DNA of 64,000 nucleotides from Phoronis australis (GCA_002633005.1 NMRA01000126.1:16979-80978), one strand, 5' to 3'; numbered from the stretch's first letter, positions 37,501 through 52,100 are shown. Notes: generated by a model not told the origin, from the letters alone. A program made the numbers and translations.

Positions 37501-40500
37501 GACCTGTATGCTGGACTGAGTATTTACTTATCATATTCCTTGTACCTCGGAGACCTCTCGTCTCCTTCCATGGGTTGATGTAAAATGTTATTGCGGGAAC
37601 TCTGGTCACTGACTTGTGAACTTGTTTGTCTATAGATGCTGTCTATACCCTCCTTCCATGTTGAAAACAATTTGTATCTGGTGCCAGCTAACTTGTCGAG
37701 GGAAGGTTTTTTGTCATCCTCTCTACCACCGATTGTTTTCGCTGCACAAGATTGGCAAACTCCTGCCCAGAGCCATGCAAGTAGTTGTACGTAGCAGTTA
37801 AAACACCTTGTCCAGCATCTCTTCCATGTTTGTACGTCCGTTTGTAATTTTTCCGAAGACCCCATAAGTGGTTCAGACCCTACTTAGTGAGTTCCATTTC
37901 TTTGTTGAACTTGTCTTTTGAACAACGAGCATTATTTTGACCAAACCTTTGTTGTATGTAAATTTTTATAGCATTGTTATTCTAGTTCCGGTAGGTCTAT
38001 ACAATGAGCTATACCTGGTATAGCTCATTGGTCTATACATATGTACGGAACACGTGTACTTGTTAGTACACAGTTTACATTTTACTGGTATGAGCAGATG
38101 TGTTGGTAGGGCCCTGAGTGCGCTGCTATGCCCGAGGGCCTCATGTTATTGTTAAGACGGCCCTCACTGGCGACAAGTGTTAAGCACCACACGTGGTTAC
38201 ACAACTCGACAATAGGTGGCTGGTCCCTATGTTTAATTTGCATGCACTGTTCAACCAGTGCTTTCTGTCAAAAATGACTAGTAACCGTGGTCACAGAAAC
38301 AGAATCCTGTGATGGTAAAGAATATTATGAGACCTATTTTATGAAAGTGGTAAAGGCCTAATTCGATTTACGTTTCTTACCAGCTAATAGGGCGAAATTC
38401 AACTTTAATCTACAAACCGTTACAGCCGGATAGTGTTGTGGTGTAAATGTAAAAATTTCCTTCCCCACTGGCAAAAAGAACATTGGTCTTCAGTACGGCC
38501 ACATTTTGTAACTGATGCCAGGGAACAAAAATGGTTAATTTTGTCAATGAAAAACGTGAAAAACAAACTAAGTTTAGAAGAGATCCCTGTGTTCGGGTAG
38601 AACTGTCGGTTCGTTGTTATGAGCTTGGAACAAGAAATAACGAACTGTCAGTTGTTTGTGAGACCAAAAATCACTTCTTGTCTCAGAAATAATCAAGTTG
38701 AGACTAATTTTATATCTGTAAACAATGTAATTCAAAGGTTACTTAGTTTCTTCAACAATACACCGGTTTACAGGTGCTTAAATACTATAAAGACAAACGT
38801 GCTAGAACAAGCCAGGAATAGTGCCCTGCTTCCTAAAACGTATGAGGGCTTTCGTAACTAAGGCAAACAAGGTCTCACACGCCACCTCCGATTCCCCTCC
38901 GTTACTGCCAATTTCACGCCACCGCTCTCTCCTAGTTACTATCAATTTCGCGCCTTAGTTCGCACCTGAGTTTTGAAAATCGTGTTAATAAGCCTAAATC
39001 GGATCTCATAGTATTCCTCGCCGTGACAGGGTTGTATTCCGGTTACGAACTCGGGTGACGGGCAAAGAGTAAAAGCGTAACAATGCTTGCAAGTGTTCTT
39101 TTCGAATTTGGTGATGTTAGATTTAGACTGAGTCACTGATGGTTTGATGTTCTTGTTGGAAACGGAAATAGAATCCTACCACGGCAAGGGATATCATGAG
39201 ACCGATTTTATGAGACTAAAGTGAGTAAATAGGTGTCAAAAATGGCCGCAAACTGAAACCGGAAACACAAACTGGGCAAGGCAGAAGGGGTCATACACTT
39301 TACCTGTTACGCTTGCGCGTAACGGATGATCCGCTAGCATTCCACGTGGTTTTGACGTTCGCTATTGTTTTCACCGACAGTTTTCGTGTGAATGACTCGT
39401 GCCTGCTCGTCCAATTTGTTATCTAATGACGTGTGAACTCGTGCCGTGACAACTCGCGCAATGACAATGGTTCCTTGAGTAAAAACTTAGCTTAGATTCG
39501 ACGTGATACCATATTTTCTTTCAACGTATCACTTTCACATAAATTCGATTCATGACAATAGCAAAATAGCTCATAATTTCCTCAATATCTATTAGTTTAC
39601 CATTATGCATTTGCATCTTGCACTCTCACTTCAAATAAAGACAGCGTAAAATCAAAAAGTTTATTACAAAAATACTTTTAACTACTTAATCAAATAAAAT
39701 ATATTATATATTCCAACAATCCTCGATCTATTAAAGTTATTTACAATTGTGTTTTGCAAAAAATATATACAAGTTATAAACATTGACAATTCAACATGAT
39801 AAAAAATAAAGAGATAAGAATGAAAAAAAAAACATAAAACACTATAATTTCTTCTAAAGCGACCAAGTGCAAAATAGCACATGAGATTTATAAAAAAATG
39901 AGATTTTCGTCATTTCAGTCTCAAACATATCAAGTGAAAACAGTTGTTCTTTTAACAAGTCCATAAATAATTTCTAATCTCCATATTGTACATGTGTTAT
40001 AGCAACCGAAATCTTGATCTTCCGTTGATATGCTCACGCCTTCCAACCTCGAATTCGCCTAGACTTCACGTTCAGCTGTTCCTTCGTACAGTGCTGGTGC
40101 AATACATTTCGACTTAATGGCTTCTTTGGCTGCTCGAGTGAGTGAATATGTTTTTTGGCAAGTCATTCATAACTTGTGTCGGGGCGTCTGAGGTCTTTCT
40201 TAATTGTAATGGATACGTCGCGCTTTGTTCCCATGGTTCCAGTGCCTTTGGCAAACTGAAAGAAAATATGAAATAGATTGCTATTTGAAGACCCACATTA
40301 ATTTTAAACGCTTCATTGAATCTTTTCTATGAGCACGCGTCTGTGTTTAAAGACGTGTGCCGATAGTCGGGTAAAAAAGTGTCGAGGCTCCCAAAGGACA
40401 GTTTGCATTTTTCTACACAAACTTTCCCCAAGTTAGAAATAGAATTCTTTTTCTATGATAAAGGCACACCAGAATACGCAAAAAAGATCTTTGAAGAATC

Positions 40501-42852
40501 TTACTTAAAAACTCTTAAGTTTTTTGCAGAACTCTATGAATCATAACTAAATTCGGAATCTTCCCTTAGGAGCCTCACAAGAAAGACCACGGCAACCTGA
40601 GACATTATCTTGAGCATTGCGATACACAAATAACTACAGAACCATCTTAAATACTTTTACATGCATACAGGTATTTTAGGCCCACAATAAACACCTGCTC
40701 GAATGTGGGCCTATCATTGGTTGAAATTTGTTTTTCAATTTAGTGGCTTGCTTGAGTACACAGCTATACGCGCTTTGCCATCCGACACCGATATTATTTA
40801 GAGCTCTTTGAACGTGTTGATATCGTGTTCGCCTAAGGGTCGACGCTGAGGATCATCAAATAAAAACCTGGTGTATTATAAATAATTTATCAAGCTTTGT
40901 GTTTCTTAACCTGGCGCACGCTCTGGTTGCCTAAAATTGATGGACAGATACCTGTGCAGCGTGTGTATTGTGATTAAATCTATCCTTTATTCCTAACGTG
41001 GAAGCATTAAACATTTTACGCGGATAAGGAATTGTTTGACGTCAGAAATATGTGTATCTTCTCACATCTTAGTAAACAATAATAACTGGCATTGACAAAG
41101 GATATTATATTGATAAATATCCGAAATTAAAATTTGAATTCTGATTATCATACTGACTTAAAAGACTGTGTTTTTAGAAGTATTTGCTGCAATTTTCAAA
41201 ACCACCGGGATGGCTAAGTAGCTAACGACTGGCGCCCTTCAATAAATTTCCATGAGTGTTGTCATAAGATTATCATGCACGTCTATTAGATTAATGTTAT
41301 GATTTACAAAGACTCAACTTGAAGGAAGGCGCGAGGTAGAATAGATATCGCAACCGGGCAGGTGATTTGCGGCAAGGAAATAACCATCAAACTAGGTATT
41401 AAATTTATAAACTGAGAGATTATTTAAATTTATTAACTAAACCATTAATTTTATCGGAAGAGAGATATTGGGCGTGCAGATTATCTTAACTAAGAATTTT
41501 GAGAAATTAGAGTTACGAAAATATGAAAAGTCATTATACATAATTTTAGTTTTTCTAGATATTGGTTTACATTTATTTTAGAAATTAAGGTGAAGTAGTC
41601 GACAGATGATTTTGTCAACTGATATCTTATTTTTCTTCTTAATGCTCAGTTTGTTTATTTATTGAATAGATACCTGTATTCAAATAAATAACAGAAACTG
41701 ATTATGGCATTACAGTGAATATACGGATTAGTGTAAGAAAAAATTCTTACGCAATTGTTTTATTATGAACTTTGTTTGGGTATGATGACTTGTCTAGTAA
41801 GAACTCCTTTGGCTTGGGCTGCGGAAGTTTTCTTCCTGTGGATCGACACGAAAAACTGATGTTTCACACGTTGTAAAAGATTCCCAACGTTTCAGTTTGT
41901 ATGTTAACTGTAGCAGTTAATGATAAAACTAATTTGGCAGCTCAAAATCATTGTGCTTTCCATAATGAGAAATTTTATTTTTAAAAATCAATTTGTTGCA
42001 TTAAGTAGATTAAGTAACAAATTTTAATTGAAGTTGTCAGCAAGGCTGGCTGTTTTGTTTGAGTTTTTACTTCGGATGAGTGATCCTCACATGAGCCAGG
42101 TGATCTCGAAAATCTAATCACCGAGCGTCGGCTACTCGGCCGATTACGTTCGCCTGAAAACCAACGAACAATTCCAAGCGCTCCAGGTTACGCAAAAGAA
42201 AAACAATCAACATAAGGCAGTATGCTTAATTAAGCGCAGAATGAGAGTACACGCCGAGAGTTACAATAGGTGACGGGTATCTGTGTATCTTCGTGATTCT
42301 ATTATGCGTTTAGCGCCTAGTGTTCCCCTGGGGGTAGAGCCACTGGTAAGGCAGATAAATTGGAGCAATAATTACAATTATTAGAAATTTTGTTTGTAAA
42401 CGCGTCGCCGTTGAATACTGAAAGGTTGTTGTGTTAAACCAGCGATTGATAAAATAATTATAGCAGTTTGCTTAGAAGTCGACTATGACCGCAAGCAAAA
42501 TTTGCCAAGGGCAAGCACATTGCTTGCGTGACGACACGGATTATGCGCGCGGGCGCGCGCGCGTTCCCTATTCTCATCCATGTATTTGTTTATTAGTCAG
42601 GGAATTCAAAGATGTTCATTGAATGCTAATTCGAATATGCAACAAACAAAGTGGAGCTGCCGTTATCTAGGTTTAATTTTAATTTTGATTTACCTTTTTC
42701 TCTCTTTCCCATCGAAAAGTACAAAATAAAACTAAGATGAATTGATGAAATAATGTATACTCAGAGTGAAATAGTTCTGATGTGTATTTAAACACGAGGC
42801 CTTAAACTACTTAATTCTTCTATATTAATTCTTACCTCACATTGTCGTTAGT

Positions 42853-43731
42853 TTATTCAAACCACCCGCTTAAATCTAACAAATCGCTGTCTTCAGATTC
42901 CATGACGTCATCAAAGCTGCCTAACGAGCTTGAAGATAAGGGCGAATCGACAACCGATCCTGGCGACGAAGCAGAAGACGCGGCAATGCTTTCAACTGAC
43001 GGAGGAGGAGACATCATAGCGCTGTTTAGACAGTTCTGGATTTTTTCAACGGATAGCAATGAACTATTTATTTCTCCGAAAAACGCCACGTTTAAGTTTG
43101 ATTCCGTAGTTGTCGGAGGAAGATTAACTGGTGTCAACACACTGTTGGAGAGGTTTTCAACGTAAATTGGCGCGTTTTGTTTAGTTGCAACAGTGATATT
43201 GTTCAACGTAGTGAAGCCAGCTCCACTGAATCTTTTCTGGAGATCTGCTAGATTGATGAATTGTGCATTGGACGTTTTCTGTAATGGCCCACTGGTTGAA
43301 AATATTTGGTGTCCGTTGAAAAATTGCAAAACGTTTCCTGGCTGAATTTGCACCACGTTCGACGACTGCTGCCTTAGATGATCATAATTTCCTGTTGTGT
43401 TCAGTTCGGTCAAAAGACATTGCAAGTCGTTGATATAGTCTATGGCTTTTCGAAGCGTTTCGACCTTGCTCATCTTTTTTCTTTTTGTTGCCTCTGGAAG
43501 ACAATTTTTCAATACCGTGAACGATTTATTAATAAATCTAACGCGATTTCTTTCTCGTTCATTTCTCCGTGCAACTGTTTCAGGCAGCTTCAAACCGAAA
43601 TCTCCCAAATCCGTCCTCCGCTTGCATCGTAGCTGGATTCGCTGCATTTTTTGTGCCTTTATGGTATTTTGATCGGCTGGTGCTATTTTCACCGTTTTCC
43701 TGCACGTTTCCATCGTAGTCTGTGGTTGCAC
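42853..43731 (-). CDS. ASCL: Achaete-scute family proneural bHLH transcription factor, intronless CDS, 292 aa
   Basis: CKRR pre-basic motif, bHLH VARRNERERNRV...LP...KKMSKVETLRKAIDYINDLQ, Ser/Pro-rich region, and C-terminal EDSDLLDLSGWF acidic motif typical of proneural ASH proteins. Confidence 0.96.
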   Translation of the reverse strand: MQPQTTMETCRKTVKIAPADQNTIKAQKMQRIQLRCKRRTDLGDFGLKLPETVARRNERERNRVRFINKSFTVLKNCLPEATKRKKMSKVETLRKAIDYINDLQCLLTELNTTGNYDHLRQQSSNVVQIQPGNVLQFFNGHQIFSTSGPLQKTSNAQFINLADLQKRFSGAGFTTLNNITVATKQNAPIYVENLSNSVLTPVNLPPTTTESNLNVAFFGEINSSLLSVEKIQNCLNSAMMSPPPSVESIAASSASSPGSVVDSPLSSSSLGSFDDVMESEDSDLLDLSGWFE

Positions 43732-43820
43732 AAATGTCTCCTACCGTCTTGCCGAAGAGGCTGATGGTCTTGTGGGATGAGTATTTTGACAATACACATT
43801 ATCTGTCGAGGTTGGAAGAA

Positions 43821-43892
43821 TTTATAGCCCACAGACAATTATTATCTGCAAGCCCCGCCTACTTATTGTGATGAGCTCGCGCGGATCGCGTG
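43821..43892 (-). promoter_or_regulatory. Putative ASCL core promoter: TATAAA plus a class C (Hairy/Hes) site
   Basis: Minus-strand TATAAA at 43821-43826, 90 bp upstream of the ATG, and CACGCG at 43887-43892. Confidence 0.45.
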
Positions 43893-45638
43893 GACGAAAT
43901 GATTGATGGGTCTTACACAAGCCCAGACATACTCCGGTAGCTTGCTGTCTAGCGTAGGTCTCCGACACGAAAGCAGAAAAGGTTGAGTGCTGAATAGCCT
44001 CCACTTTTGATTTAACAATGTTTTGTGCCCGTTGTCGTTGGTGTTTAGTCTAAAAATAATAGTAAGAGAATCTTGATATTTTATCTCACTTATAAAAACA
44101 AACAAAGAGCGTGACTTAAGTTTCAAGTTCGCCATGTCTTTATAGTCTTAAATTCACTCTTTACGTTTGCCTCAGGTTTTTCAAAGAAAAGACAAACGTC
44201 GTGCTGCAAACAAAATTCAGGACGTAAGTAACCTAAAATTGAATAAAAACGTCCCTGTCAAAAAAATAAGGCTATACGGGAACACCTATCCCATTTCTAA
44301 GTATTATTAACCAGAAGATGAGTTCTAATCCAAAAATGCTCAAGCTCATACTGGTCCCAGTTTTTCCTTTCTCTAGGTAAAACCTCGTTTAACTTTCAAA
44401 CTCCCAAATTTTGTAGGGTAAAATACACATACACGCACGCACCCACGCACGCGCGCACACATACACACCGGCATACATGTAGATTATTTTAATTTGGCTC
44501 AGGCAGTGTCCAAAAATTACGATAATGTTTTACACAAACCTTGTTGCACTGATCAGTGGACGAATTGCTTCGTGTTCAGAATTTCAAAATACACATCGTC
44601 GTAGCTCAATTGATTTATTTTTCCATTTGGAATGCTGTTCATAAAGCTTCGTCTGGACAGGCGCGAATTCATTGACAGATAATATCCCTGTGTAAATTGA
44701 ATTTTGACACCGTTTTGACTTTGTTTGCACACAAATGCAAATATTGACTCGGTAGAACGCACAGCCCGCCACCATGTTTTCGGCATCACATGTGGGCGGT
44801 ACCAACGATCTTCGTGCGCCCCCGAACACGAGAGTTTGAAAAGGGCGGCGCGTGGCCTGGGAGTGCTGACCCAAAACATCTGTCCTGCCGGCGAACTCCT
44901 ATTACACAATCAAGCCTCTGCGCTAATAGTCACCGGACAGCCTTGAGATCGGAGACATAGATAGCGTAGTCTAGCCGCAGGTCACTGTCATTGCTTGAGA
45001 TCGTCTTATTGCGAGACAAGTCGTTGATATCTTGCAATTTTAATAATGTCGGTAACAGCTTGCTAAGTCCCGTTTGATTTTGCGTTGTTGCCCATTCTAT
45101 TTTATGAATTTGGTGAACATTGCTGAAGTGTCGAATATTAGAGAGCTAAATCTTCCAACTAGACTAATTCGGGGCATCTAACGGCTGCGAAGGGCATTTT
45201 ATTAAGAAACTGTTTAAACGTAATATATGTTGGTCATTTGCCATGACCGAGGGCGTTGGCTGGCCGTCATCACCATGAGTTAACATGCAATGCAACTGTA
45301 TTCATAAATATTAAGATTGCTCTAACAAACTGCATCCAAAAAATCGAATTTCTGGGCCAGGTTACATGAAATTATACGCTAGACAGATGATAAAGACATT
45401 CACGTCACACTATCACAGGTGAAGCTGCTAAAGTTAAAACAATGATTGTGACGTCATGACAGAATCATATGAATAAGTTTTGACGTTTTATACAACCCAA
45501 ACCTGATTACATCAACCGACATAAATAGTTTGCTGAAGAGTTTTTGACAAGATTTGAATTCATGAAGTGGAGTGGTTGTGTAATGTTCACATATTATGTT
45601 CAATGAAAATAAGCGATGAAACGTTGCAGAAGAGCTGC

Positions 45639-45878
45639 GGCCCGTTCCAGCAAAACTGACTTAGCTAAGACAAATCTTTTGTAAATTTTAAAATAAACGT
45701 TAAATTTGTCTCAAAACCTATTCAAGAAATAGATCTTAAGTTTGACTTATAAGTGTTTAATAAAAGTCTTGTTTTAACTTTGACTTACTTACCGAATGTG
45801 GAAGTTTAAAATTTGGAAGTTAAGAGAAATCTTGAACTAAGTCAAAAATGAACTTAGTCAGTTTCTTGGTGGCCAGCC
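45639..45878. mobile_element. Diverged MITE-like element
   Basis: Imperfect inverted ends ggcccgttccagcaaaactgacttag / cttagtcagtttcttggtggccagcc. Confidence 0.4.
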
Positions 45879-48710
45879 GCTCGCGTCATTTGGCATTTGG
45901 GTATTGTTATGTACTTATCTAGTAATATCTTAGCTTAACAAGAATGTGAACAAGTTTAATCGTGCAGGAATTCATTAAACTTTATTTGTAAGGGTGCACA
46001 ATAACTTCTTTGGTAAACGTATTGCAAAATTACGTCGAGAAACTTCGACGCTCAAAGACAAGGAACCGGCAAATTCATTTTGTTGCCACACGGCACATAA
46101 CATGCTCAAAATCAACTGAACAAGTGAATTCTGTTTACGGAAAGAGGTGCAGATTTTATACCACAACGTTGATTGGTACTGATATCCATAATATTTAAAC
46201 ATTTTCCTTTAAATCCATCCATGCGTGTAAAATTTATGAACAGATGTGATGTCGTGTTCATGCATCCGTTTATATTTTCGGGTGTGACTCATTGTGCTCG
46301 TTGTCAGTGTAGATATGAGGACAGCTATTCACTGCCCGCTACACATTGTACGAATTGTTATGTAAAACAGGATATCGAACACCACTTGCAGTCTGGCTAA
46401 TGACTCAAGCAACATCTTGTATATAAGCCAAAATCAGCCCGCGTAAACAGGCATTTGTTAAAATTGTGTACCCGCAGAAAATGAAAGATAAAATGTTGCA
46501 AGGTATCATTGACTACTCTGATACGAAAGGCGTATAACCTTACACCAGGGGAGAATCAGTAATATGAAATGTCCAACATTGAAAACATATGTACAAACAA
46601 TGACGTTTTAAAAATAAATGATCAAAAGATTTCTTTCTACCTTGAAAATAATAAAATATAAGAAACTGACGCCGGTGGTAATGGCGGAAATGATAAAGAC
46701 GATGATCACGACTGTGACAATGGTGATGATCGTGGAAGAATGAAGAAAGCATGTATCAAGAAAATATTTGAATAAAAGTTTTCAGCATCTATAGACTGAG
46801 TTGGTGTATTAATTTTCCTTGTCTCAACTTCAAAAGAAAAATCACCTGGAAATGTAATGCCTTTTACGTAACATTTCAATGCTTGAAACTCCATAAACAA
46901 GCACTCGAAAATATTTAAGCACGCTGAGATCGTAAAGATGGGCTTAATTGCCAAATTACTCGCATTAAATTTGAGATTACAAATAACAACCGGACACAGT
47001 TCCTTTGTTGCATAGAGATATTGATGCAAGCGGTGCCAGGTCTCAGTGAAAGCACATTGACTGCTCTATCCAAAAATTTATTGGTGAATGTAGCAGTGGA
47101 AGCTACCAGTGCCAGGTTCGGCAGACGTGAAAATTACAGGTGCGCTGCTCTTGTTTTGGCAAACGTTGTTGCAAAAAATGCCTATGCTGATTTTTAATCG
47201 AATCGCCGCTTTAGAACAAAAGACAATCTCGTTGAATTCTTTCTTAGACACGATCCAAAATAAAGAACTCTAACTTTGAATCCTAGTTTTGAGTTACGGC
47301 TTTTATATCATTTCTTTTTCCTCAGGCTCGAGTCGAAAGGCAGCCGAGCCATTTTTTCATTTATGACTGATATTTTCAAGCGTTGTGAGTGAAGTGAATG
47401 GACCTACTAATGATATCGAAGATTAATCACATCTCTTCAAACTAACATAGTCAACTGCAGTCAAAAATCGCTTTTTATCTTCAACTGTTGTGATTGAAAA
47501 AATATTCGCCAAGTGAGGTTTGAGCTGACACTTGAACAAACAGTTGTGGGCGTATTGCTGTATGCGTGTATCATGCACGAGGGTTGGGGCGTAATGATGC
47601 AGAAAAAGTTCTCTTTGGCCTGTGACATGCCAGTTCTCAACCTTGTGTCCGAATAAAGCTTTTGCGAATCAACAACGCAATAATCTAGGACGTATTTTCA
47701 CTACATTGAAGAGAAACTCTGTCCGAAAGCAAAGTTAAATCTCCTAATTTGTATGCCAAGGGTCTGATAAGAAACATTAAACTGCTGCGAAAGTAAAAAA
47801 CAATTTTACTGAGTCACGACTCAAGGTAGTCACCCCATGCCGATTGACTCAATTCTCCTGAATTTAGATTTTCAGCAGTATTTTTTGAAACTGCTGCACC
47901 GATTTGTCAAATTTATATGGGTTATGAAGTGTATAGGGACCAATTTCTGAATGACAAACGTCCGAAGCAGCTCTAAAAACGGCAGTCGCATATGCTGATG
48001 CCTTATTGGTCGGGAGATGGGCGAGTCCTCCACACCACTCATTCAGGTTCTTTCCAGGTTGGGAACAATACACGGTAATTACAAATCATATAAACAGAAT
48101 AGTACTTATATCTTATTTTTGTAGCTCCATTTTCATCAACAGTTCCGCAAAATCCACGCTTTGTCCAACTTCCCAGTTTTTTTGAAAAATTGTAAAAATG
48201 TAAAATCTTGAAGGAGGAGCTTATATGCTCAATGTTCAGGGCATTTTTAATCCACACCACTTTACCATGGTGACAGTGGCACCTCTCAGTAACAACAACG
48301 CAGACGCTCCACAATTTCAGTGTGTGTCCTCTACTCGGTTACATTGAAAAGTGTTGTTTTCTCTCTCACATAATTCTGCAAAATATAGTCAAACACGTTG
48401 AACACAACCAAACACTTTAGCAGAGTTTGGCAGGAAAAGTTGGTCAGAGTTTGGTATTGCAAGCTGGTTGTCCAAACGTCAGCAAACTTCGAGTTTGGTC
48501 GTGTTTGCAAACAAAAGTTTCGTACGCTGTAGACCGTGCTTTAGTCNACAGTGACTTGGGTTGAGTTCAGTGAGGCCGTATGAGTAAGACTTTTGGCGTT
48601 CGGCGCGAGTGCAGATGTCTTCGCGGGTTATCGCCGTGCATCATTAACATATCTCGAAACTGTTTTTAACGTTTAAGTTTGGTGAAAATATAAGACATCT
48701 GGGACCGGGG

Positions 48711-49107
48711 TCTAATCTTTGCACTCGAAATTGAACTCGAAATTACTTTTTGCAATTCCATTCTAGTTTTGTGCGAACTCCACGTGTCTATTGTTCCGTG
48801 CTCGAGTACATTAGGCTGGTGAGCTTTTAGTCCAAGTTCGCACTTGACGACCCCAGCATTAAAGGTATAAGTTCGAATCTGAACTAAAAATCTCTAGATT
48901 TTATTCGAAATCTCTAGTATTTTCTCAAGTTTGGTGCTCGAATTTAGAGGTCACCTAGTGCGAAATTGGACTAAAACTCATCATTGTAAACCATAATGTA
49001 CTCGAGCACGGAATGACAGACACTTAGGCCTACCATGAGTTCGGTCAATAGTAGAACGGGAACTGTCAAAAATAATTTCGTGTTCAATATCGAGTAGAAA
49101 GATTAGA
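48711..49107. mobile_element. ~400-bp foldback element
   Basis: Mirrored blocks tctaatcttt / aaagattaga, ttccgtgctcgagtacatta / taatgtactcgagcacggaa and ttttagtccaa / ttggactaaaa. Confidence 0.8.
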
Positions 49108-52100
49108 TGTTAGCCTCAGGTTGTTGGTTGCCTAGTCGAAGATGAAATCAGCTGTATAGAACAAAACATCAACCCGGCGAGAACAACTGAAAGAACAAGG
49201 GCTAGTTGTCGTACTTTCACTCCTTAACGTGAGCTACCAGCTGAGCCATAGTATAGTTAAGGCAGACAGTTCAGCTCGTAGCTTTCTGTCTCAGGTGGCC
49301 CTAGCAACAAGTTGAGACGACCAGTTTTATGGAGGTAAGCAGTTTAAGTCAAAAGTTTTTCACGGAACACAGGTTAATAGCTGCTTCAAACGTGCCCGAT
49401 GCAAATTATTCAAACCAAATGCAGTCCTTACACTTAAAATTACCCGGATCATGAAACTCAGTAATGAACACTGAATACTTGTATACTATTCGAAGCGATA
49501 CCGCCGGTTATCATAGCCAAGTTCACAAGTTCCATGAACCTCGTTTTAAACCGGCTATAAAACCGCGTTGTGTGCAAGAAGCAGACCATTGATTTAGACC
49601 ACTTTCCGCTATCAAGTTGGTCCTTGCTCAGATGGGAGGTGTTTTATGAGTTTGCCAAATTGTCACTTCGTTACACACAAAATGACGCGCCGTGCGAAGG
49701 CAATGACCTTAACCTCAACCAATAACAAATCACCTCAAAATTGAACAAGGAACAGTTTGAGACCAATTTCATAACGAAAAGTGGACTCAAATTTTGGCTT
49801 AGTAATAGAAAACTGGTTGGTGGCCGCTTTACAAGTGTTTTAAGAAGAAGAATCAAATTCTTCTTGTTTGGTTGTTTGTTTCACGTCAACAGCAGTGTCA
49901 TGTTACGGGTGACTTCGTCACGTAATACTACTACCGCATATAATATGAAACGGAGCTCACGACAGGTAATTTGTCACAGTCAACAAGATCCTCAGGTGCT
50001 GTTTATTCACAGTAATAGCAGTATTGATAGCTTGGTGTACTATGGGTGACACTTGCCGGATTAACATGTGGACACTGATATCGATATGGGCGCCCTACAA
50101 GCAAACTTCTTGAATGACCCGGCAGTAATTGCCACAGCTAGAGCTTTAATTGCAAGGTGTCACTTCTTTACGACAAAAAAAGTTAAAACCAAAGTTTCTC
50201 AATGAAAAAAAAAACAAACGAAGATATTAGATGTGTAAGTCAATTTATATATAAATGAAAATCCTGCAAATTAGATAAGGTGTAAACTAAAATTAAAGAC
50301 TGGCCACATAATGTACAAAGGGTCGTAGTCTGAACCTTTTCGTAGACCCGCAGGTTGTTTGGGACGGAGTATAAAAAATATATTCATTGTTTCTTTACAA
50401 TCAGAGCCAACTTTGTCATTTTTCTAACTTCTGTGCCGAACAAAAAAATTTCGGGATACCTGGAATACAAACACACCATTAACTTTATGTAAAATATTGT
50501 TCTCATAGTTTGGGTATTTTTGTTAACATATTCAGTACTCGATACACCATACATTACTACTCGGTCAAGATTGGAGGTGTTCGAATGATCAAATATAAAG
50601 CGCACCTATATTCTTCAGAAATTGATATTAAACACACAGTTTTGAGCACACATAGCTGAATAGAAAGGCCGATGGTAAATACAGACAAGGCATGCGGGAA
50701 TTGTATATGGCCGCAGTGGAAGAGAGAAAAGGATAAGAGGATGGGAGGAACTGGAAAAATGATATGCTCGGTGATAGTTTTAAAAAAATACAATCCCAGA
50801 GTGAGGTTTTAAAAAAACGCAAACAACAGCGTGAACGTTTTCAACGAAATCGTGTAGATTTTGATTTCATTGTAGAAACGAAAGTTAATTTCTTTAAGAT
50901 TTGTTTTCATTGTAATATTTACTTTACATTTTGAAAATGAAGAAAGCCGCTACCGAACACGACCCATTATTGGGTCCCGATCGCAGACACGTGTTCAACC
51001 GCATTGAGGGCAATGGAACAGCATTTTCAGGTGTAACAAAGGTTTATGACTTCTTTGATCCTCGTGTAGGATTTGATAAAAATGTTTCTACTATTGTTGT
51101 TATTATTACTGTTAATAAGCGTTATCTACATTAAATTATGGTTGTTATCATTGTCTTATTTACAGTTATTACGACGACAATTTTTGGTCAGGCCGAGAGG
51201 AAGTGAAAGCTTCCGCCCGGCGAAATAGTGCGAAGCAGTAACTATTTCTTTCTCACGACACGGATTTTGGTTTCTGTTTCAAGCCAATATTTCGCTAAAC
51301 GTGTGAGTTTCCATTGATTTCCTTTAAATGTTTTCAAGATTCAACCCCATTTAATTAGATCAATCTAGAAACCACTTATTTCAGAAGTTATTTCCATCAA
51401 ATGGCCGGTGTGCTCAGTTTGCTTTCGAGTATCCAGAGTGGCTGCTAAACGCTGATCTCAGGTTTAGCTTTATTTTGCTTTTAATTTGGTTTCAAAGCGT
51501 GTTGGATGTTTTCAAGAAGATCTTGAAATCAAAAGAATACCACGGAAGTTTGTAGTAGTTGCATAAAATTCGGCGTACTTCACTGACGATTATTTAGTAT
51601 TTTTAAAGACTCTCAGAAATCGATAAAACTGATCATTACAATGACAAAACATATTTATGGTGACCGCTGGCTAACCGATGTCTAATTTACTGATAGTGGG
51701 ATTAGTTTTGCCAAAGGTCGTTGACAAGACGGTCGTAGCCAAGTTCTTTCAAACGCTACGATGTGTCTCGACTGCTTTCAAGAGCCACGTTAAATGGACT
51801 TGAGGGTTTAAAGCTACGACCGTATTAGCTAAAGGCCGGACTTTCTACTACTTTTAAAAAAGCAAGCCCTGATGTATAAAGAACTGAATGCCTATATGAA
51901 CAGAAAAATGAAAATGCGGAGCATTCCTACCCAAGTAGTCAGAGCGTTAACCAAAACTGCCTATCCGAAGTAGACTGGGTAGATAATGAGGGCCTAGAGT
52001 GGCCGGAGAACAAGTTGTCCTGCATAGGATGGCCGCGGATTACACTGCGAGACTTGCATATCATTAAGCCACAATGCTGTAAGACCCGTCAAGCAGATTT

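Noticed and set aside
37524-37865. 113-aa ORF or possible Myb/SANT-like relic
   Set aside because: No convincing motif in any frame.
42842-43672. Plus-strand ORFs overlapping ASCL
   Set aside because: Antisense shadows of the ASCL CDS.
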